A stretch of 64,000 nt of DNA, taken from positions 28,487 to 92,486 of the forward strand of contig JAFSSP010000007.1 of assembly GCA_017450945.1 (NCBI GenBank). Direction: 5' to 3'. The notes beneath the pieces are model-generated. The model was given only the letters and a program-made list of their open reading frames with translations, did no database searches and was not told where the DNA came from. The stretch's first letter is position 1; each line of letters starts with the position of its first letter. The DNA is from Clostridia bacterium. GTDB taxonomy: Bacteria; Bacillota; Clostridia; Oscillospirales; CAG-272. Positions 19,318 to 30,192 of this stretch are shown here, one piece after another. Both the position numbers and the translations under genes were made by a program.

Positions 19318-21828
19318 ATGAAAACTTTACTTGCCATCGACGGAAACAGCATCCTGAACCGGGCCTTTTACGGCGTGCGCCCGCTGACGACAAAGGACGG
19401 CTTTCCAACCAACGCCCTCTACGGCATGGTGAACATCATTGAAAAGCAAAGAGAGGCACTCTCGCCCGATTTTTGCGCGGTTGCTTTCGATCTCAAAGCC
19501 CCGACCTTCCGGCACAAGCTCTTTGACGCTTACAAGGCCGGGAGAAAGCCGATGCCGGATGATCTGCGGCTCCAGTTTCCGGTTGCAAAAGAATTGCTCA
19601 CGGCACTTGGATATCATATTCTGGAACAGGAAGGCTATGAGGCCGACGACATTCTCGGCACGCTCGCAAAAGAGTGTGGCGACGGAAAGGTAAGGGCCTA
19701 TCTTCTGACCGGCGACCGCGACGCGCTCCAGCTCATTGACGCAAACACGCACGTTCTCCTTGCCACCAATACCGATACGATCGACATGGACGAGGAGAAG
19801 TTTTTTGACCGCTACGGCGTTCCGTCAAATCATTTTGTCGATGTCAAAGCCCTTATGGGAGACTCATCCGACAACATTCCCGGCGTTCCGGGTGTGGGCG
19901 AGAAGACCGCGCTCAGCCTGATTGCAAAATTTGGTACGCTTGACAGCGTTTACGAACACCTGACCGAGGCCGGGAGCACGCCGTCGCTTCTCAAAAAGCT
20001 GGAGGAGGGCAAAGAGAGCGCCTATCTCTCAAGGACGCTTGCTACCATCTGCAAAACCGTTCCGCTCCCGGAGGATCTATCTGATCTTGCCTATTTTGGA
20101 ATCGACCAAGCAAAGGCGAGAGAACTTTTCTTAAAACTTGAATTCTCCGGCTTTCTCAAACGCTTTTCGCTCGATCAAGCGGTCAAGGTCGAAATCGAGA
20201 TGCCCAAAGAGGTTTCCTGTGACAAAAAGGAACTTTCCACTCGACTTGCCGCTTGCAGTCTTCTTTCTCTTGACTGGCGTAAAAGCCCGGTAACGGTTTG
20301 TGACGGCAAAGAGCTGTTTTCGATTGATGTACCCCTTTCGGACTTGCTTCCGATCCTCAAAGAAAAAAAAGTCGTTCTTTACGATTGCAAGGGCTTTTTT
20401 GCAGTGACCGGGATCGAGTCAAAAGAATTTGATCTTTTCGATCTGCAACTTGCCGCCTATCTCGTCAATGCCTCAAAAGGCAATTACGCCTTTTCCACGC
20501 TGGTTTCCGATTATCTCGGAGAAGTGTACGACAGGGATGGAGAGAACGCATTTTACTCGATGCGACTCTACGAAAAGATCCTTGCAAAACTCGAGGAGAG
20601 CGGGCAGGCAAAGCTCCTTTGCGAGCTGGAGATCCCGCTTGCGCGCGTGCTCGCAAGCATGGAAAAGCGCGGCTTTTTCATCGACCGAAAGGGAATTGCC
20701 GCTTATGGAGAACAACTGGATTCGGTAGCCGAAAGCCTCAAACAACAGATCTATTTCCATGCCGGAAAAGAGTTTAATATCGGCTCGCCCAAACAGCTTG
20801 GCGACGTGCTGTTTGAAACACTCGGACTCCCGCACGGAAAAAAGAGCAAGACCGGGTATTCCACAAACGCGGAAATCCTTGAAAAGCTCCGTCCCTATCA
20901 CCCGATCGTCGAGGAAGTTCTTGATTACCGTCAGCTGACCAAACTGAAAAGCACCTACGTCGAGGGGCTTCTCAAGGTTGCCGACAGCGAGGGCAGAGTT
21001 CATTCCAACTTCAAGCAGACCGGTACGGCGACAGGCAGACTTTCGTCAAGCGATCCGAATCTGCAAAACATTCCGGTGCGCACCGAACTCGGCCGGGAAC
21101 TCAGACGCTATTTTTTGCCGCAGGACCCCAATTACGTTTTGATCGACGCCGATTACTCGCAGATCGAGCTTCGTCTGCTTGCGCATATTTCGGGCGATGA
21201 GAATATGATCGCGGCCTTCCAGAGCGGCGAGGATATCCACACGTCGACCGCCGCAACCGTCTTCGGTGTGCCGAAAGAGGCGGTGACGAGCGAAATGCGC
21301 AAACGTGCAAAGGCCGTGAATTTCGGCATCCTTTACGGTATCGGCGCCTTCTCGCTTTCGGACGATCTCCATGTTACCAGACAAAAGGCGCAGGAGTATA
21401 TCGACCAGTATCTTGCCTCCTATCCCGGCATCGATCTCTACCTCAAGGAGACGATCAAAAGCGCCTACGAGGTCGGCTTTGTGACCACCATGTTCGGACG
21501 CCGCAGATACATTCCCGAGCTTGCCGGAACCAATAAAGTTTTGCAAAAGTTCGGCGAGCGGGTCGCCATGAACAGCCCGATCCAGGGAAGCGCGGCAGAT
21601 CTCATCAAAATCGCTATGATCCGTGTCTACGAGCGCTTGCAAAAAAGCGGTCTTGACGCTCACCTGATTTTGCAGGTGCACGACGAACTCATCCTTGAAG
21701 CGCATAAAGACTGCGCAAACGAGGCCGCAAAGATCTTAAAAGAAGAAATGGAAGGCGCATATCCCGATTGCAAAGTGCCTCTGACCGTCGATCTCCATAT
21801 CGGAAAAACCTGGTTTGAGGCGAAATAA
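19318..21828 (+). CDS. polA: DNA polymerase I
   Basis: IDGNSILNRAFY, TGRLSSSDPNLQNIP, ADYSQIELR, LQVHDEL. Confidence 0.98.
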   Translation: MKTLLAIDGNSILNRAFYGVRPLTTKDGFPTNALYGMVNIIEKQREALSPDFCAVAFDLKAPTFRHKLFDAYKAGRKPMPDDLRLQFPVAKELLTALGYHILEQEGYEADDILGTLAKECGDGKVRAYLLTGDRDALQLIDANTHVLLATNTDTIDMDEEKFFDRYGVPSNHFVDVKALMGDSSDNIPGVPGVGEKTALSLIAKFGTLDSVYEHLTEAGSTPSLLKKLEEGKESAYLSRTLATICKTVPLPEDLSDLAYFGIDQAKARELFLKLEFSGFLKRFSLDQAVKVEIEMPKEVSCDKKELSTRLAACSLLSLDWRKSPVTVCDGKELFSIDVPLSDLLPILKEKKVVLYDCKGFFAVTGIESKEFDLFDLQLAAYLVNASKGNYAFSTLVSDYLGEVYDRDGENAFYSMRLYEKILAKLEESGQAKLLCELEIPLARVLASMEKRGFFIDRKGIAAYGEQLDSVAESLKQQIYFHAGKEFNIGSPKQLGDVLFETLGLPHGKKSKTGYSTNAEILEKLRPYHPIVEEVLDYRQLTKLKSTYVEGLLKVADSEGRVHSNFKQTGTATGRLSSSDPNLQNIPVRTELGRELRRYFLPQDPNYVLIDADYSQIELRLLAHISGDENMIAAFQSGEDIHTSTAATVFGVPKEAVTSEMRKRAKAVNFGILYGIGAFSLSDDLHVTRQKAQEYIDQYLASYPGIDLYLKETIKSAYEVGFVTTMFGRRRYIPELAGTNKVLQKFGERVAMNSPIQGSAADLIKIAMIRVYERLQKSGLDAHLILQVHDELILEAHKDCANEAAKILKEEMEGAYPDCKVPLTVDLHIGKTWFEAK

Positions 21829-21915
21829 TGGGAAAGAAAAAATGCGGGAAGACCTTTTTTTGCAAAAAAAGGTTTTCCCGCACCCTTTCTAAAAAACGAC
21901 AAAAGGGTATTATAA

Positions 21916-21950
21916 AGACCTCCGACAGCAGTTTGCCGGAGGTCGTTTTC
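21916..21950. terminator. terminator hairpin between convergent polA and radA
   Basis: GACCTCCG.CA...TG.CGGAGGTC followed by a T-run. Confidence 0.6.
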
Positions 21951-21951
21951 T

Positions 21952-23349
21952 TTATTCTTCCACTTTTGGTTGTGCTTTCAAGAGCGGCAAAATTTCAAAT
22001 ACGCTATGCACCGGAACAAGGGTGATCCCTTTGCAGGCAAACGGGTGCTTTTCAAGATTCTTTGCCGGGACGACGGCCTTTGTAAATCCAAGGCGAGCCG
22101 CTTCTTTGACTCTTTGCTCGAGGTTTGCCACCGATCTGCATTCCCCGGCAAGTCCAAGCTCGCCGACGGCAAACAGGTCGTCCGGAACGATGCGATCCGA
22201 AAGGGAAGAGATCATCGCCAGTGCAAGGGCCAGATCGGTTGCCGGTTCGTCGAGTCTCAGTCCCCCCACCACGTTGATATAGACGTCGTTTTGATAAAAT
22301 TTCAGTCCGAGCCGCTTTTCAAGAACGGCAAGGATCAGGCAGGTGCGGTTGTAGTCGGCGCCGTTGACGGTTCTTCTTGGCGCGGGGAAGGTGGTTGGCG
22401 TGACGAGTGCCTGAATCTCGGCCAGAATCGGTCTTGTCCCTTCGAGCGTGCAGACCGCGCAGTTGCCCGAAGTGTTCTTTGGACGTCCTGCAAGCAGAAG
22501 CTCAGAGGGGTTTTCGACCTCTGTGATCCCTTCGTCGCCCATCTCAAAAACGCCGATCTCATTGGTGGAACCGTAACGGTTCTTGATGGCGCGGATGATG
22601 CGGTAGGACTGCTGGCGTTCGCCCTCAAAGGAGAGCACGGCGTCCACCATGTGTTCAAGCACCTTGGGGCCTGCGATGCTACCTTCCTTGTTGACGTGTC
22701 CGACGAGAATGACCGAGGAGCCGTCGTTCTTTGCTTTATTGATGAAAGAGAGCGCACATTCCTTGACCTGCGTTACGCTTCCAGGTGCCGAGGCGACCGA
22801 CTGGGCATAGATGGTCTGGATCGAGTCAACAATGGTCACGTCGGGCTTTGCCTTTTCCATCTCCGAGAGGATGGTCTCCAGATTGGTTTCGGTCAGGATC
22901 AAGAGATTTTTGCCTTTTGTGCCGAGTCTTGACGCGCGCAGTTTAAGTTGTCCGCCCGATTCCTCGCCCGAGACGTAAAGCACGCGCTTGGTTTTTCCCA
23001 GCGTGTCGCTGACCTGCATGAGCAGAGTAGATTTGCCGATGCCGGGCTCTCCTGCAAGGAGTACGACAGAACCGGTCACCAGCCCCCCGCCGAGCACGCG
23101 GTCAAGTTCGGAAAGACCGGTTGTTTCGCGCATATACTGCGGAATTTCGAGTTCGGAGAAGGGGACGGCTTTGTGCGAACCGGATCCGACAAGACTTGTC
23201 CGTTTCGGTGTGGCGGCAGGAGCGGCAGGCGCTTCCTCCACGTCCTCAACAAAGGAGTTCCATGCGTCGCAGTTCGGACATTTGCCCATCCATTTGGAGG
23301 TTTTATATTGGCATTCTGAGCAAACATAGATGGTTTTAAGACCTTTCAT
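21952..23349 (-). CDS. radA: DNA repair protein RadA/Sms
   Basis: C4 zinc finger, GEPGIGKST, KNRYG, Lon-like C-terminus. Confidence 0.97.
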   Translation of the reverse strand: MKGLKTIYVCSECQYKTSKWMGKCPNCDAWNSFVEDVEEAPAAPAATPKRTSLVGSGSHKAVPFSELEIPQYMRETTGLSELDRVLGGGLVTGSVVLLAGEPGIGKSTLLMQVSDTLGKTKRVLYVSGEESGGQLKLRASRLGTKGKNLLILTETNLETILSEMEKAKPDVTIVDSIQTIYAQSVASAPGSVTQVKECALSFINKAKNDGSSVILVGHVNKEGSIAGPKVLEHMVDAVLSFEGERQQSYRIIRAIKNRYGSTNEIGVFEMGDEGITEVENPSELLLAGRPKNTSGNCAVCTLEGTRPILAEIQALVTPTTFPAPRRTVNGADYNRTCLILAVLEKRLGLKFYQNDVYINVVGGLRLDEPATDLALALAMISSLSDRIVPDDLFAVGELGLAGECRSVANLEQRVKEAARLGFTKAVVPAKNLEKHPFACKGITLVPVHSVFEILPLLKAQPKVEE

Positions 23350-23416
23350 GGGGACAAAATCCCTCCTCGATACTTGATAGGTTCATTATACAGGAAAAAG
23401 ACCAAAAAATCAAGGG

Positions 23417-24118
23417 TCATTCGAGGCTTTTGAGAATGCCGAGTGAAATTTCTTTTGCCAGCACCTTTTGATAGGCCGGATCCTGTAATTGTTCTGCTTC
23501 TTTTGGGTTTGAGAGAAATCCGCATTCAACAAGGACGGCCGGGCAATTGAGATGCTGCAGGACAAAAATAGCGTCGGTCGCTTTTTTGACCGCGCGTTCA
23601 TTTTCAGGCTGAAGCGTTTCTTTGACCTGATTTTGTATGGATTCTGCAAGGATTTTTGATTGTCCGTTATTTCCGGAGTACCAAACTTGCAGACCGTGAT
23701 ATTGGCTTTGTGGAAAGGAATTCATGTGGATACTGACAAAGATCGGGTTCTCGCAGGACTTGCAAATCTCTACGCGCCTTTCCAGATCCTGTCGCTTTTT
23801 GCTTCCGGCATAGTTTGATGTTTTATCGTAGAGCATGCTGTCGTCCGCCCGGGTCAAAATCACCGGAACGCCGTTTTCCTTGAGGTAATCGCGGATCAAA
23901 AAGACGATGGCAAGATTGAGATCCTTTTCGCATCTGCCGCGTGCGTCGGTGGCTCCGCCGTCTTCTCCTCCGTGGCCCGCGTCGAGAACGACGGTCGGGT
24001 AGAAGACGCCGACCGATCGCGTTTCTTGATTGCAACGGAACAGAATGCCGCATAAAAGCGTCATACAAAGCAGAAAAACCAAAAGGGCAGGCAGGCGAAG
24101 CCATTTTTCAACCTTCAT
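23417..24118 (-). CDS. cwlD: N-acetylmuramoyl-L-alanine amidase, CwlD-like
   Basis: LDAGHGGEDGG, EKDLNL, SIHMNSF, LVECGFLSN; sigma-E-like ATA-N16-GATAgacT at 24150-24176. Confidence 0.8.
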   Translation of the reverse strand: MKVEKWLRLPALLVFLLCMTLLCGILFRCNQETRSVGVFYPTVVLDAGHGGEDGGATDARGRCEKDLNLAIVFLIRDYLKENGVPVILTRADDSMLYDKTSNYAGSKKRQDLERRVEICKSCENPIFVSIHMNSFPQSQYHGLQVWYSGNNGQSKILAESIQNQVKETLQPENERAVKKATDAIFVLQHLNCPAVLVECGFLSNPKEAEQLQDPAYQKVLAKEISLGILKSLE

Positions 24119-24284
24119 GCGAGCTCTCCTTTGAAAAAACCATTGTTACAGTCTATCAAGCAAGCCCTGTAAATATGCAAAAAAACTTGCAAGAAAAAGT
24201 GAATAATATTCATTTTTTGCCTTGACTTTTCGGGAATATATTTGTATAATATATTTTAGCTATCTGTAAAAGAAAGGAAAAGCC

Positions 24285-24704
24285 ATGGCAAAACTGACAC
24301 GCAAAGAGGCAAGGGAAGAAGCCTTTCGTCTGCTGTTTGAAACCGAATTTCAAGAAGAGCCGGATCCTGTAGTGATCTATGGATTGGCTGTGAATACAAG
24401 AGAGTTTTCCGACGATGCCTATGTAAAAGACGTTTATTTTGGCGTACGCGAACACTTGGAAGAAATCGATGAGATCTTTTCCCGACACGCAAAGGGCTGG
24501 AAACCGAGCCGTATCTCTCCTGTCTCGCGCTCTGCGGTAAGGCTTTCGATCTATGAAATGCTTTACAGAGAGGATGTTCCGTCGGTTGTTTCGATCAACG
24601 AGGCCATCGAGCTTGTCAAAAAGTTTGACGATCCTTCGGCACGTGCATTTGTCAATGGGGTTCTCAACGGTGCAAAGGACGAGATCGCCGCAAAGAATTC
24701 ATGA
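24285..24704 (+). CDS. nusB: transcription antitermination factor NusB
   Basis: TRKEAREEAF, INEAIELVKKF, FVNGVL. Confidence 0.95.
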   Translation: MAKLTRKEAREEAFRLLFETEFQEEPDPVVIYGLAVNTREFSDDAYVKDVYFGVREHLEEIDEIFSRHAKGWKPSRISPVSRSAVRLSIYEMLYREDVPSVVSINEAIELVKKFDDPSARAFVNGVLNGAKDEIAAKNS

Positions 24705-25648
24705 AGAATTGCTATATCGGCTTTGATACCAGCAATTACACCACTTCGATTGCCGTCTGTGAAGACGACGGCAAGGTGATTGCCAATCTCAAAAGCCTTT
24801 TGCCGGTCGCGGACGGCGAGCGGGGGCTGAGACAGAGCGACGCGCTCTTTGCCCATGTGAAAAATCTGCCCGGAATGATCCGGGAATTGGAGCCGCTCTT
24901 CCAAAATTATCGAGTGGTCGGCGTCGGTTGCTCAACCCGCCCGAGAGACGCGGCCGACTCTTATATGCCTTGTTTTTTAGCCGGTAAAAATGCAGCCTAC
25001 GCTTTTGCCGCAGGTGCAGGCGTGCCGGTGAAAGAATTCTCCCACCAGTCGGGACACTTGATGGCGGCGCTGTACTCTTCCGGGCAATCCGAGCTTTTAT
25101 TCAAAGCGCCTTTTGCGGCCTTTCACGTCTCGGGAGGCACGACCGAAGTGCTTTATGTTGAGCCAAAAGAAGACGGCTTTACGGTCAAGATCGTCGGCGG
25201 GACTGCCGATCTCAACGCAGGGCAGGCGATCGACCGCGTGGGGGTACTTATGGGGTTCTCTTTTCCGGCAGGACGTCGGATGGAGGAGCTTTCCAAAACT
25301 GAAACAGATCCTTTGCCGCCGATCCGTGTGTCTGTCAAGGACGGCGTTTGCAATCTTTCGGGACTGGAAAACAAGGCGGCGGAGCTTTGGGAAAAAACCA
25401 AAGATCCGGCATATGTCAGCCGGTTTGTTTTTGCCTTTGTAGGAAAAACGCTTGCAAAGCTGACCGAATACGTCGATTCGCTCGATCCCGGCATCCCGAT
25501 CCTTTACGCAGGCGGCGTGATGAGCAATCAGTTTTTGCAAGAGACACTTGGCAAGCGAAAGAATACCTATTTTGCAACACCCGAGTTTTCCTCGGACAAC
25601 GCGGCGGGGATCGCGCTTTTGACCCGCAAGAGTTTATTGAACCGGTAA
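24701..25648 (+). CDS. Kae1/TsaD-like (peptidase M22 family) protein, clostridial paralog
   Basis: [41 protein letters not shown]. Confidence 0.8.
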   Translation: MKNCYIGFDTSNYTTSIAVCEDDGKVIANLKSLLPVADGERGLRQSDALFAHVKNLPGMIRELEPLFQNYRVVGVGCSTRPRDAADSYMPCFLAGKNAAYAFAAGAGVPVKEFSHQSGHLMAALYSSGQSELLFKAPFAAFHVSGGTTEVLYVEPKEDGFTVKIVGGTADLNAGQAIDRVGVLMGFSFPAGRRMEELSKTETDPLPPIRVSVKDGVCNLSGLENKAAELWEKTKDPAYVSRFVFAFVGKTLAKLTEYVDSLDPGIPILYAGGVMSNQFLQETLGKRKNTYFATPEFSSDNAAGIALLTRKSLLNR

Positions 25649-25670
25649 AACCTGGAAGGGGGTATTTACA

Positions 25671-26861
25671 ATGGAACAGGCCGTTCTGTCGGTTTCTCAA
25701 CTCAACGAATACCTCCGGATGATGATGGATTCCGACCCGAGACTTTCCGGTCTGTTTCTCAGGGGGGAGATTTCCAACTACAAGCGATACGCCTCCGGGC
25801 ATGCCTATTTTACGCTCAAGGACGAGGAAGGACAGATCCGCGCGGTCATGTTCCAGTCCTACGCAAAAAAACTCTTATTTGTGCCTGCGGATGGTATGCG
25901 GGTGATCGCGCACGGTCGGGTCTCGGTCTATTCGCAGAGCGGGCAATACCAGCTTTACGTGGACGAGATGCAGCCGGACGGTGCGGGCGCGCTCGCTTTG
26001 CAATTTGAACAGCTCAAACGCAAGCTCGCCGCAGAAGGTCTGTTTGACGAATCCAGAAAAAAACCTCTGCCGCCTTTTCCCACCCGGATCGGCGTCATCA
26101 CGTCCCCCAGCGGGGCAGCGGTACACGATATCAAAAGGATCCTTTCGAGCAGATTCCCTTGTGCCGAGATGATCCTTTATCCCTCGCTCGTACAGGGCGC
26201 CGACGCGCCGGCGAGCCTTGCTTCGGGAATTGCTTTCTTTGAAGCGACGAATGCGGTCGATCTGATCATCATCGGTCGCGGAGGAGGCTCCATGGAAGAT
26301 CTTTGGGCATTCAACGACGAAACGCTCGCACGGACGATCGCCGCCTGTCACATTCCGGTGATTTCTGCAGTCGGACACGAAAGCGATTTTACCATTTGCG
26401 ATTTTGTTGCCGACCGGCGCGCCGCAACTCCCTCGAACGCGGCGGAGATCGCCGTACCCGATCAAAAAGAATTGATGAGAAGCCTTGCGGGAATCGAAGC
26501 GCATCTGTCGCTCTCTTTTTCACGACAGATCGAACAGAAGCGCTTTCTTTTGAATCAGCTTGTAAAAAGTCGCGCTTTCCGCTTGCCGGAGAGTCTGTTG
26601 GATCCCTATCGCCAAAGACTGGACGACGGATTGGAGGCGCTCTTGTCTGCGCTCAAGGAAACCGTGCTTGCAAAAAAGCGCGCCTTTGAGACAAGCTGTG
26701 CAAAGCTGGAGGCACTCAGCCCGCTCGGCATCCTCGCACGGGGATATGCCGTTCTGCAAAAAGACGGAAAAGCCGTCAAAAGCCGCGCCGACGTTGCAAA
26801 GGGCGACCGCCTGACCGTTCGGGTCAGCGATGGGAGCTTCCATGCAGACGTGGCCGAATAA
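25671..26861 (+). CDS. xseA: exodeoxyribonuclease VII large subunit
   Basis: [26 protein letters not shown]. Confidence 0.97.
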   Translation: MEQAVLSVSQLNEYLRMMMDSDPRLSGLFLRGEISNYKRYASGHAYFTLKDEEGQIRAVMFQSYAKKLLFVPADGMRVIAHGRVSVYSQSGQYQLYVDEMQPDGAGALALQFEQLKRKLAAEGLFDESRKKPLPPFPTRIGVITSPSGAAVHDIKRILSSRFPCAEMILYPSLVQGADAPASLASGIAFFEATNAVDLIIIGRGGGSMEDLWAFNDETLARTIAACHIPVISAVGHESDFTICDFVADRRAATPSNAAEIAVPDQKELMRSLAGIEAHLSLSFSRQIEQKRFLLNQLVKSRAFRLPESLLDPYRQRLDDGLEALLSALKETVLAKKRAFETSCAKLEALSPLGILARGYAVLQKDGKAVKSRADVAKGDRLTVRVSDGSFHADVAE

Positions 26862-26873
26862 AGGAGAAAACAC

Positions 26874-27113
26874 ATGGAAAAGAAAACGCGCAGTTTTGAA
26901 TCCGATCTCGCTCGGTTGAACGAGATTGTGGAGGCTCTTGAAAACGGAGACTGCCCGCTCGATCAAGCGCTCAAACTTTATGAAGAGGGTGTAAGCCTTG
27001 TTCGCACTTGCTCCGAACGCCTGGAGAAGGCCGAACTCAGCGTCAAAAAACTCAAAGTCTCTCCAGACGGTGAGGCAGCCTTGGTTGACTTTTCCGAGGA
27101 GGAAAAAGAATGA
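26874..27113 (+). CDS. xseB: exodeoxyribonuclease VII small subunit
   Basis: SFE..LARLNEIV..LE.G..PL..ALKLYEEG. Confidence 0.95.
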   Translation: MEKKTRSFESDLARLNEIVEALENGDCPLDQALKLYEEGVSLVRTCSERLEKAELSVKKLKVSPDGEAALVDFSEEEKE

Positions 27114-28000
27114 CGAAAGAATCTCTCGAACTGCTCATGCATCGGGATGCGACTCTGACCGAAGCGCGCTTGAAAGAATACTACGAGGAAGACGAAGATA
27201 TCAAGGTCTTACTCGATGCCGAGCGTTATAGCCTATTCGCAGGAGGGAAGCGCGTTCGTCCTGTCCTCGTCATCGAGTTTTGTAAGCTTTTTGGCGGCAG
27301 GGAAGAAGCGGCGTTACCCTTTGCCTGTGGGCTTGAAATGCTCCATACGGCGTCGCTGATCCACGACGATCTGCCTTGCATGGACAACGACGACCTGCGC
27401 CGCGGAAAACCGACCAACCATAAAGTGTTCGGTGAAACGATGGCGCTTCTTGCCGGCGACTCGCTCCTCATCGGCGCTTTTGAAGCAGTTGCATCGAACA
27501 GAGCAGTCACGCCCGAAATTGCGGCTAACGCGACTGCCTATCTCGCTTCTTGTGCGGGCAGATACGGAATGGTCGGCGGACAGGTCATGGATCTGGAGGG
27601 TGAGCACAAAAAGCTCACGCTGGACCAGCTTCTGAAGCTTCATTCAATGAAGACCGGCGCGCTCATCAATTCGGCCTGCGTTCTCGGCGCGCTTGCGGCG
27701 GGAATTTCTCCAGACTCGAACGCGATGCGTGACGTAGTGACCTATGCCGAAAAGATCGGGCTTGCGTTTCAGATTCTGGACGACCTGCTTGACAAGATCG
27801 GCAATGCGGAAGAACTCGGCAAAAACGTCGGTATGGACGAAGAGCGCGAAAAGAATACCTTTTTGAGCTTCTTTTCTCAAGAAGAAGCGGCTGAATACGC
27901 GAAGCGCCTGACCAAGGAGGCAACAGAGGCGATCGGACGATATCCCGGCTCCGAGACGCTCTGCGACCTTGCTTTGTGGCTCAGCAAACGCACCAAATGA
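27110..28000 (+). CDS. ispA: geranyltranstransferase / farnesyl diphosphate synthase
   Basis: GGKRVRP, HDDLPCMDNDDLRRG, FQILDDLLD. Confidence 0.95.
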   Translation: MTKESLELLMHRDATLTEARLKEYYEEDEDIKVLLDAERYSLFAGGKRVRPVLVIEFCKLFGGREEAALPFACGLEMLHTASLIHDDLPCMDNDDLRRGKPTNHKVFGETMALLAGDSLLIGAFEAVASNRAVTPEIAANATAYLASCAGRYGMVGGQVMDLEGEHKKLTLDQLLKLHSMKTGALINSACVLGALAAGISPDSNAMRDVVTYAEKIGLAFQILDDLLDKIGNAEELGKNVGMDEEREKNTFLSFFSQEEAAEYAKRLTKEATEAIGRYPGSETLCDLALWLSKRTK

Positions 28001-28018
28001 ATGATTGAGGGAAACTCT

Positions 28019-28498
28019 ATGGGACAATTTTTTGTCAGACTTTTTTCAAACTATTGCCTGGTATCTGCCATTTTCGGCTGGATCATCGCGCAGATCATCA
28101 AGGTCTTCACCGGAGTCTTCAAACTGCAGACCTTTTCGATCAAGACGCTCTTGTTCGGAACCGGTGGAATGCCGAGCTCTCACACAGCCTCCGTTACCGC
28201 GCTTTGCACGGCGGTTGCCATTCAAGAGGGGGTAGGCTCTGCCGCTTTTGCCATTTCGGCAATTTTTACCATCATTGTGATGATCGACGCCACGGGTGTT
28301 CGCAGAGAAGCGGGAAAACAGGCCAAAGCGCTCAATCTCATCTTTTCCGAGTGGGCGCTTGACAACGAGCCGGAGAACTTTGACAGACATTTCAAGGAGC
28401 TTATCGGTCACACCCCCCTGCAGGTCTTTTTCGGAGCACTTGTCGGAATCGGAGCCGCGCTCTTGCTTCTCCTTTTTCCGGTCTTCCGTCCGATATGA
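28019..28498 (+). CDS. divergent PAP2 family protein (DUF212)
   Basis: GGMPSSH, DATGVRREAG, GHTP.QV. Confidence 0.9.
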   Translation: MGQFFVRLFSNYCLVSAIFGWIIAQIIKVFTGVFKLQTFSIKTLLFGTGGMPSSHTASVTALCTAVAIQEGVGSAAFAISAIFTIIVMIDATGVRREAGKQAKALNLIFSEWALDNEPENFDRHFKELIGHTPLQVFFGALVGIGAALLLLLFPVFRPI

Positions 28499-29307
28499 TC
28501 CGACTGGACGTTTATCTTGCGCAAACCGGGCTTGCCGGAAGCCGCGAGCAGGCAAAGGCTATGATTCTACAAGGCCTTGTCCATGTGAACGGCAAAATCG
28601 TCGAAAAGCCATCCTTTTTGATTGACGAAACACAGACGCCGCTCATCAAGGCGGAGAAGGCGATCCCTTACGTCGGGCGCGGCGGCCTCAAACTCGAAGG
28701 CGCGCTCAAAGCGTTTGATGTTGATCCTGCAGGCTTTACCGCACTTGACGTCGGCGCTTCGACCGGCGGGTTTACCGATTGCCTGTTGCAAAGAGGTGCA
28801 AAACGGATTTTTGCGCTGGATGCAGGGCACGATCAGCTCGACAAAACGCTGAAAAAGGATCCGCGCGTCGTCTCTATGGAAGGGCAGAACGCGCGAGAGA
28901 TGACTCCTGCGCTGTTCGGCGGCGTCAAGATGGATCTTATTGTCATGGACGTTTCCTTTATTTCGGCCACCTATCTGCTCCCGCTTTTCCACTCGCTGTT
29001 GGGGGAGGACGGGATCGCGCTGGTTCTTGTCAAACCTCAGTTTGAGGTTGGCAAAGCCATGATCGGCAAAAAGGGAATCGTCAAGGATCCGGCGGCGCAT
29101 TTTTCAGCCCTTAAAAAAGTCGTAGACAGCGGACTTTTATCCGGCCTTTCTGTTTGCGGCGCATGCGTCTCCCCGATTTTCGGCGGCGACGGAAACAAAG
29201 AATTTTTTGCATATTTCAAAAAAGAAAAAGCGCCTTGCAGTCATATTACAGACGCAGAGCTTCACAAATTGGTTTTTGAGAAAGAAAGGAGGGATCTGTC
29301 ATGTTGA
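28495..29307 (+). CDS. tlyA: TlyA family rRNA methyltransferase
   Basis: S4 domain, YVGRGGLKL, DVGASTGGFTD, DVSFIS, KPQFE. Confidence 0.95.
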   Translation: MIRLDVYLAQTGLAGSREQAKAMILQGLVHVNGKIVEKPSFLIDETQTPLIKAEKAIPYVGRGGLKLEGALKAFDVDPAGFTALDVGASTGGFTDCLLQRGAKRIFALDAGHDQLDKTLKKDPRVVSMEGQNAREMTPALFGGVKMDLIVMDVSFISATYLLPLFHSLLGEDGIALVLVKPQFEVGKAMIGKKGIVKDPAAHFSALKKVVDSGLLSGLSVCGACVSPIFGGDGNKEFFAYFKKEKAPCSHITDAELHKLVFEKERRDLSC

Positions 29308-30179
29308 AGATCGCCTTGCTGACCAATTTTAATATTCACGAGAAAGCAAACGCGGCCCTTGCGGTTGCGGATAAGCTCGCAAAAGAAGATTGCGAGATCC
29401 TTGTTGCGGCCTTTCACAAAGAAAAACTGCAAAGCACGGGACGCAGTCGAGATGATTTCCACTATCTTCCGCTGGAGAGCATTTACACCGAGGCCGATAT
29501 TCTCATTGTGCTTGGAGGCGACGGAACCATTTTAGACGTTGCCAGAAGAGCCGCGCATAAGGGAACTCCGGTTCTCGGGATCAATCTCGGCAGACTCGGT
29601 TTTATGGCTGAGCTGGAGCTTTCCGAACTCGATGAGCTTCACAGGCTTTTTACCGGCGAGTACGAGCTGGAATACCGCTCGATGCTTCGGGTAGAGCTTC
29701 TGAACGCCGCGGGTGAGATGAAATCCTTTTGCTATGCGCTCAACGACGCGGTGATCTCAAACGGATCGGTCTCGCGCATCGTCGATCTCGAGCTTTTGGA
29801 GGGCGAGGAACTCGTCACAACCTACCGTGCGGACGGTTTGATCATCGCCACCCCGACAGGCTCTACTGCTTACTCGATGTCGGCGGGCGGATCTTTGGTC
29901 GATCCGCGAGTCCCCTGCATTTGCGTGACGCCGATCTGTCCGCATTCTTTCATCGCGCGACCGCTGATTTTCCCGGACGGCTCCAGGTTAAAAATCAAAA
30001 ACGTGTGCGCAAGGGAAAAGAATCTTTATCTCACGGTCGACGGACGTATGAACTTTGAACTTTATCGCAACCAGTCGGTGCTGGTTTCCAAATCCACGCT
30101 GAAAACCGTTTTGGTACGTTTCAAACAATCCGGATTCTACCAAAAGCTTCGTCAAAAAATGAACGATTCAGAGTCGTAA
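29301..30179 (+). CDS. nadK: NAD kinase
   Basis: GGDGT, GINLGRLGF, TPTGSTAYSMSAGG. Confidence 0.96.
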   Translation: MLKIALLTNFNIHEKANAALAVADKLAKEDCEILVAAFHKEKLQSTGRSRDDFHYLPLESIYTEADILIVLGGDGTILDVARRAAHKGTPVLGINLGRLGFMAELELSELDELHRLFTGEYELEYRSMLRVELLNAAGEMKSFCYALNDAVISNGSVSRIVDLELLEGEELVTTYRADGLIIATPTGSTAYSMSAGGSLVDPRVPCICVTPICPHSFIARPLIFPDGSRLKIKNVCAREKNLYLTVDGRMNFELYRNQSVLVSKSTLKTVLVRFKQSGFYQKLRQKMNDSES

Positions 30180-30192
30180 GAAAGGATATTAC

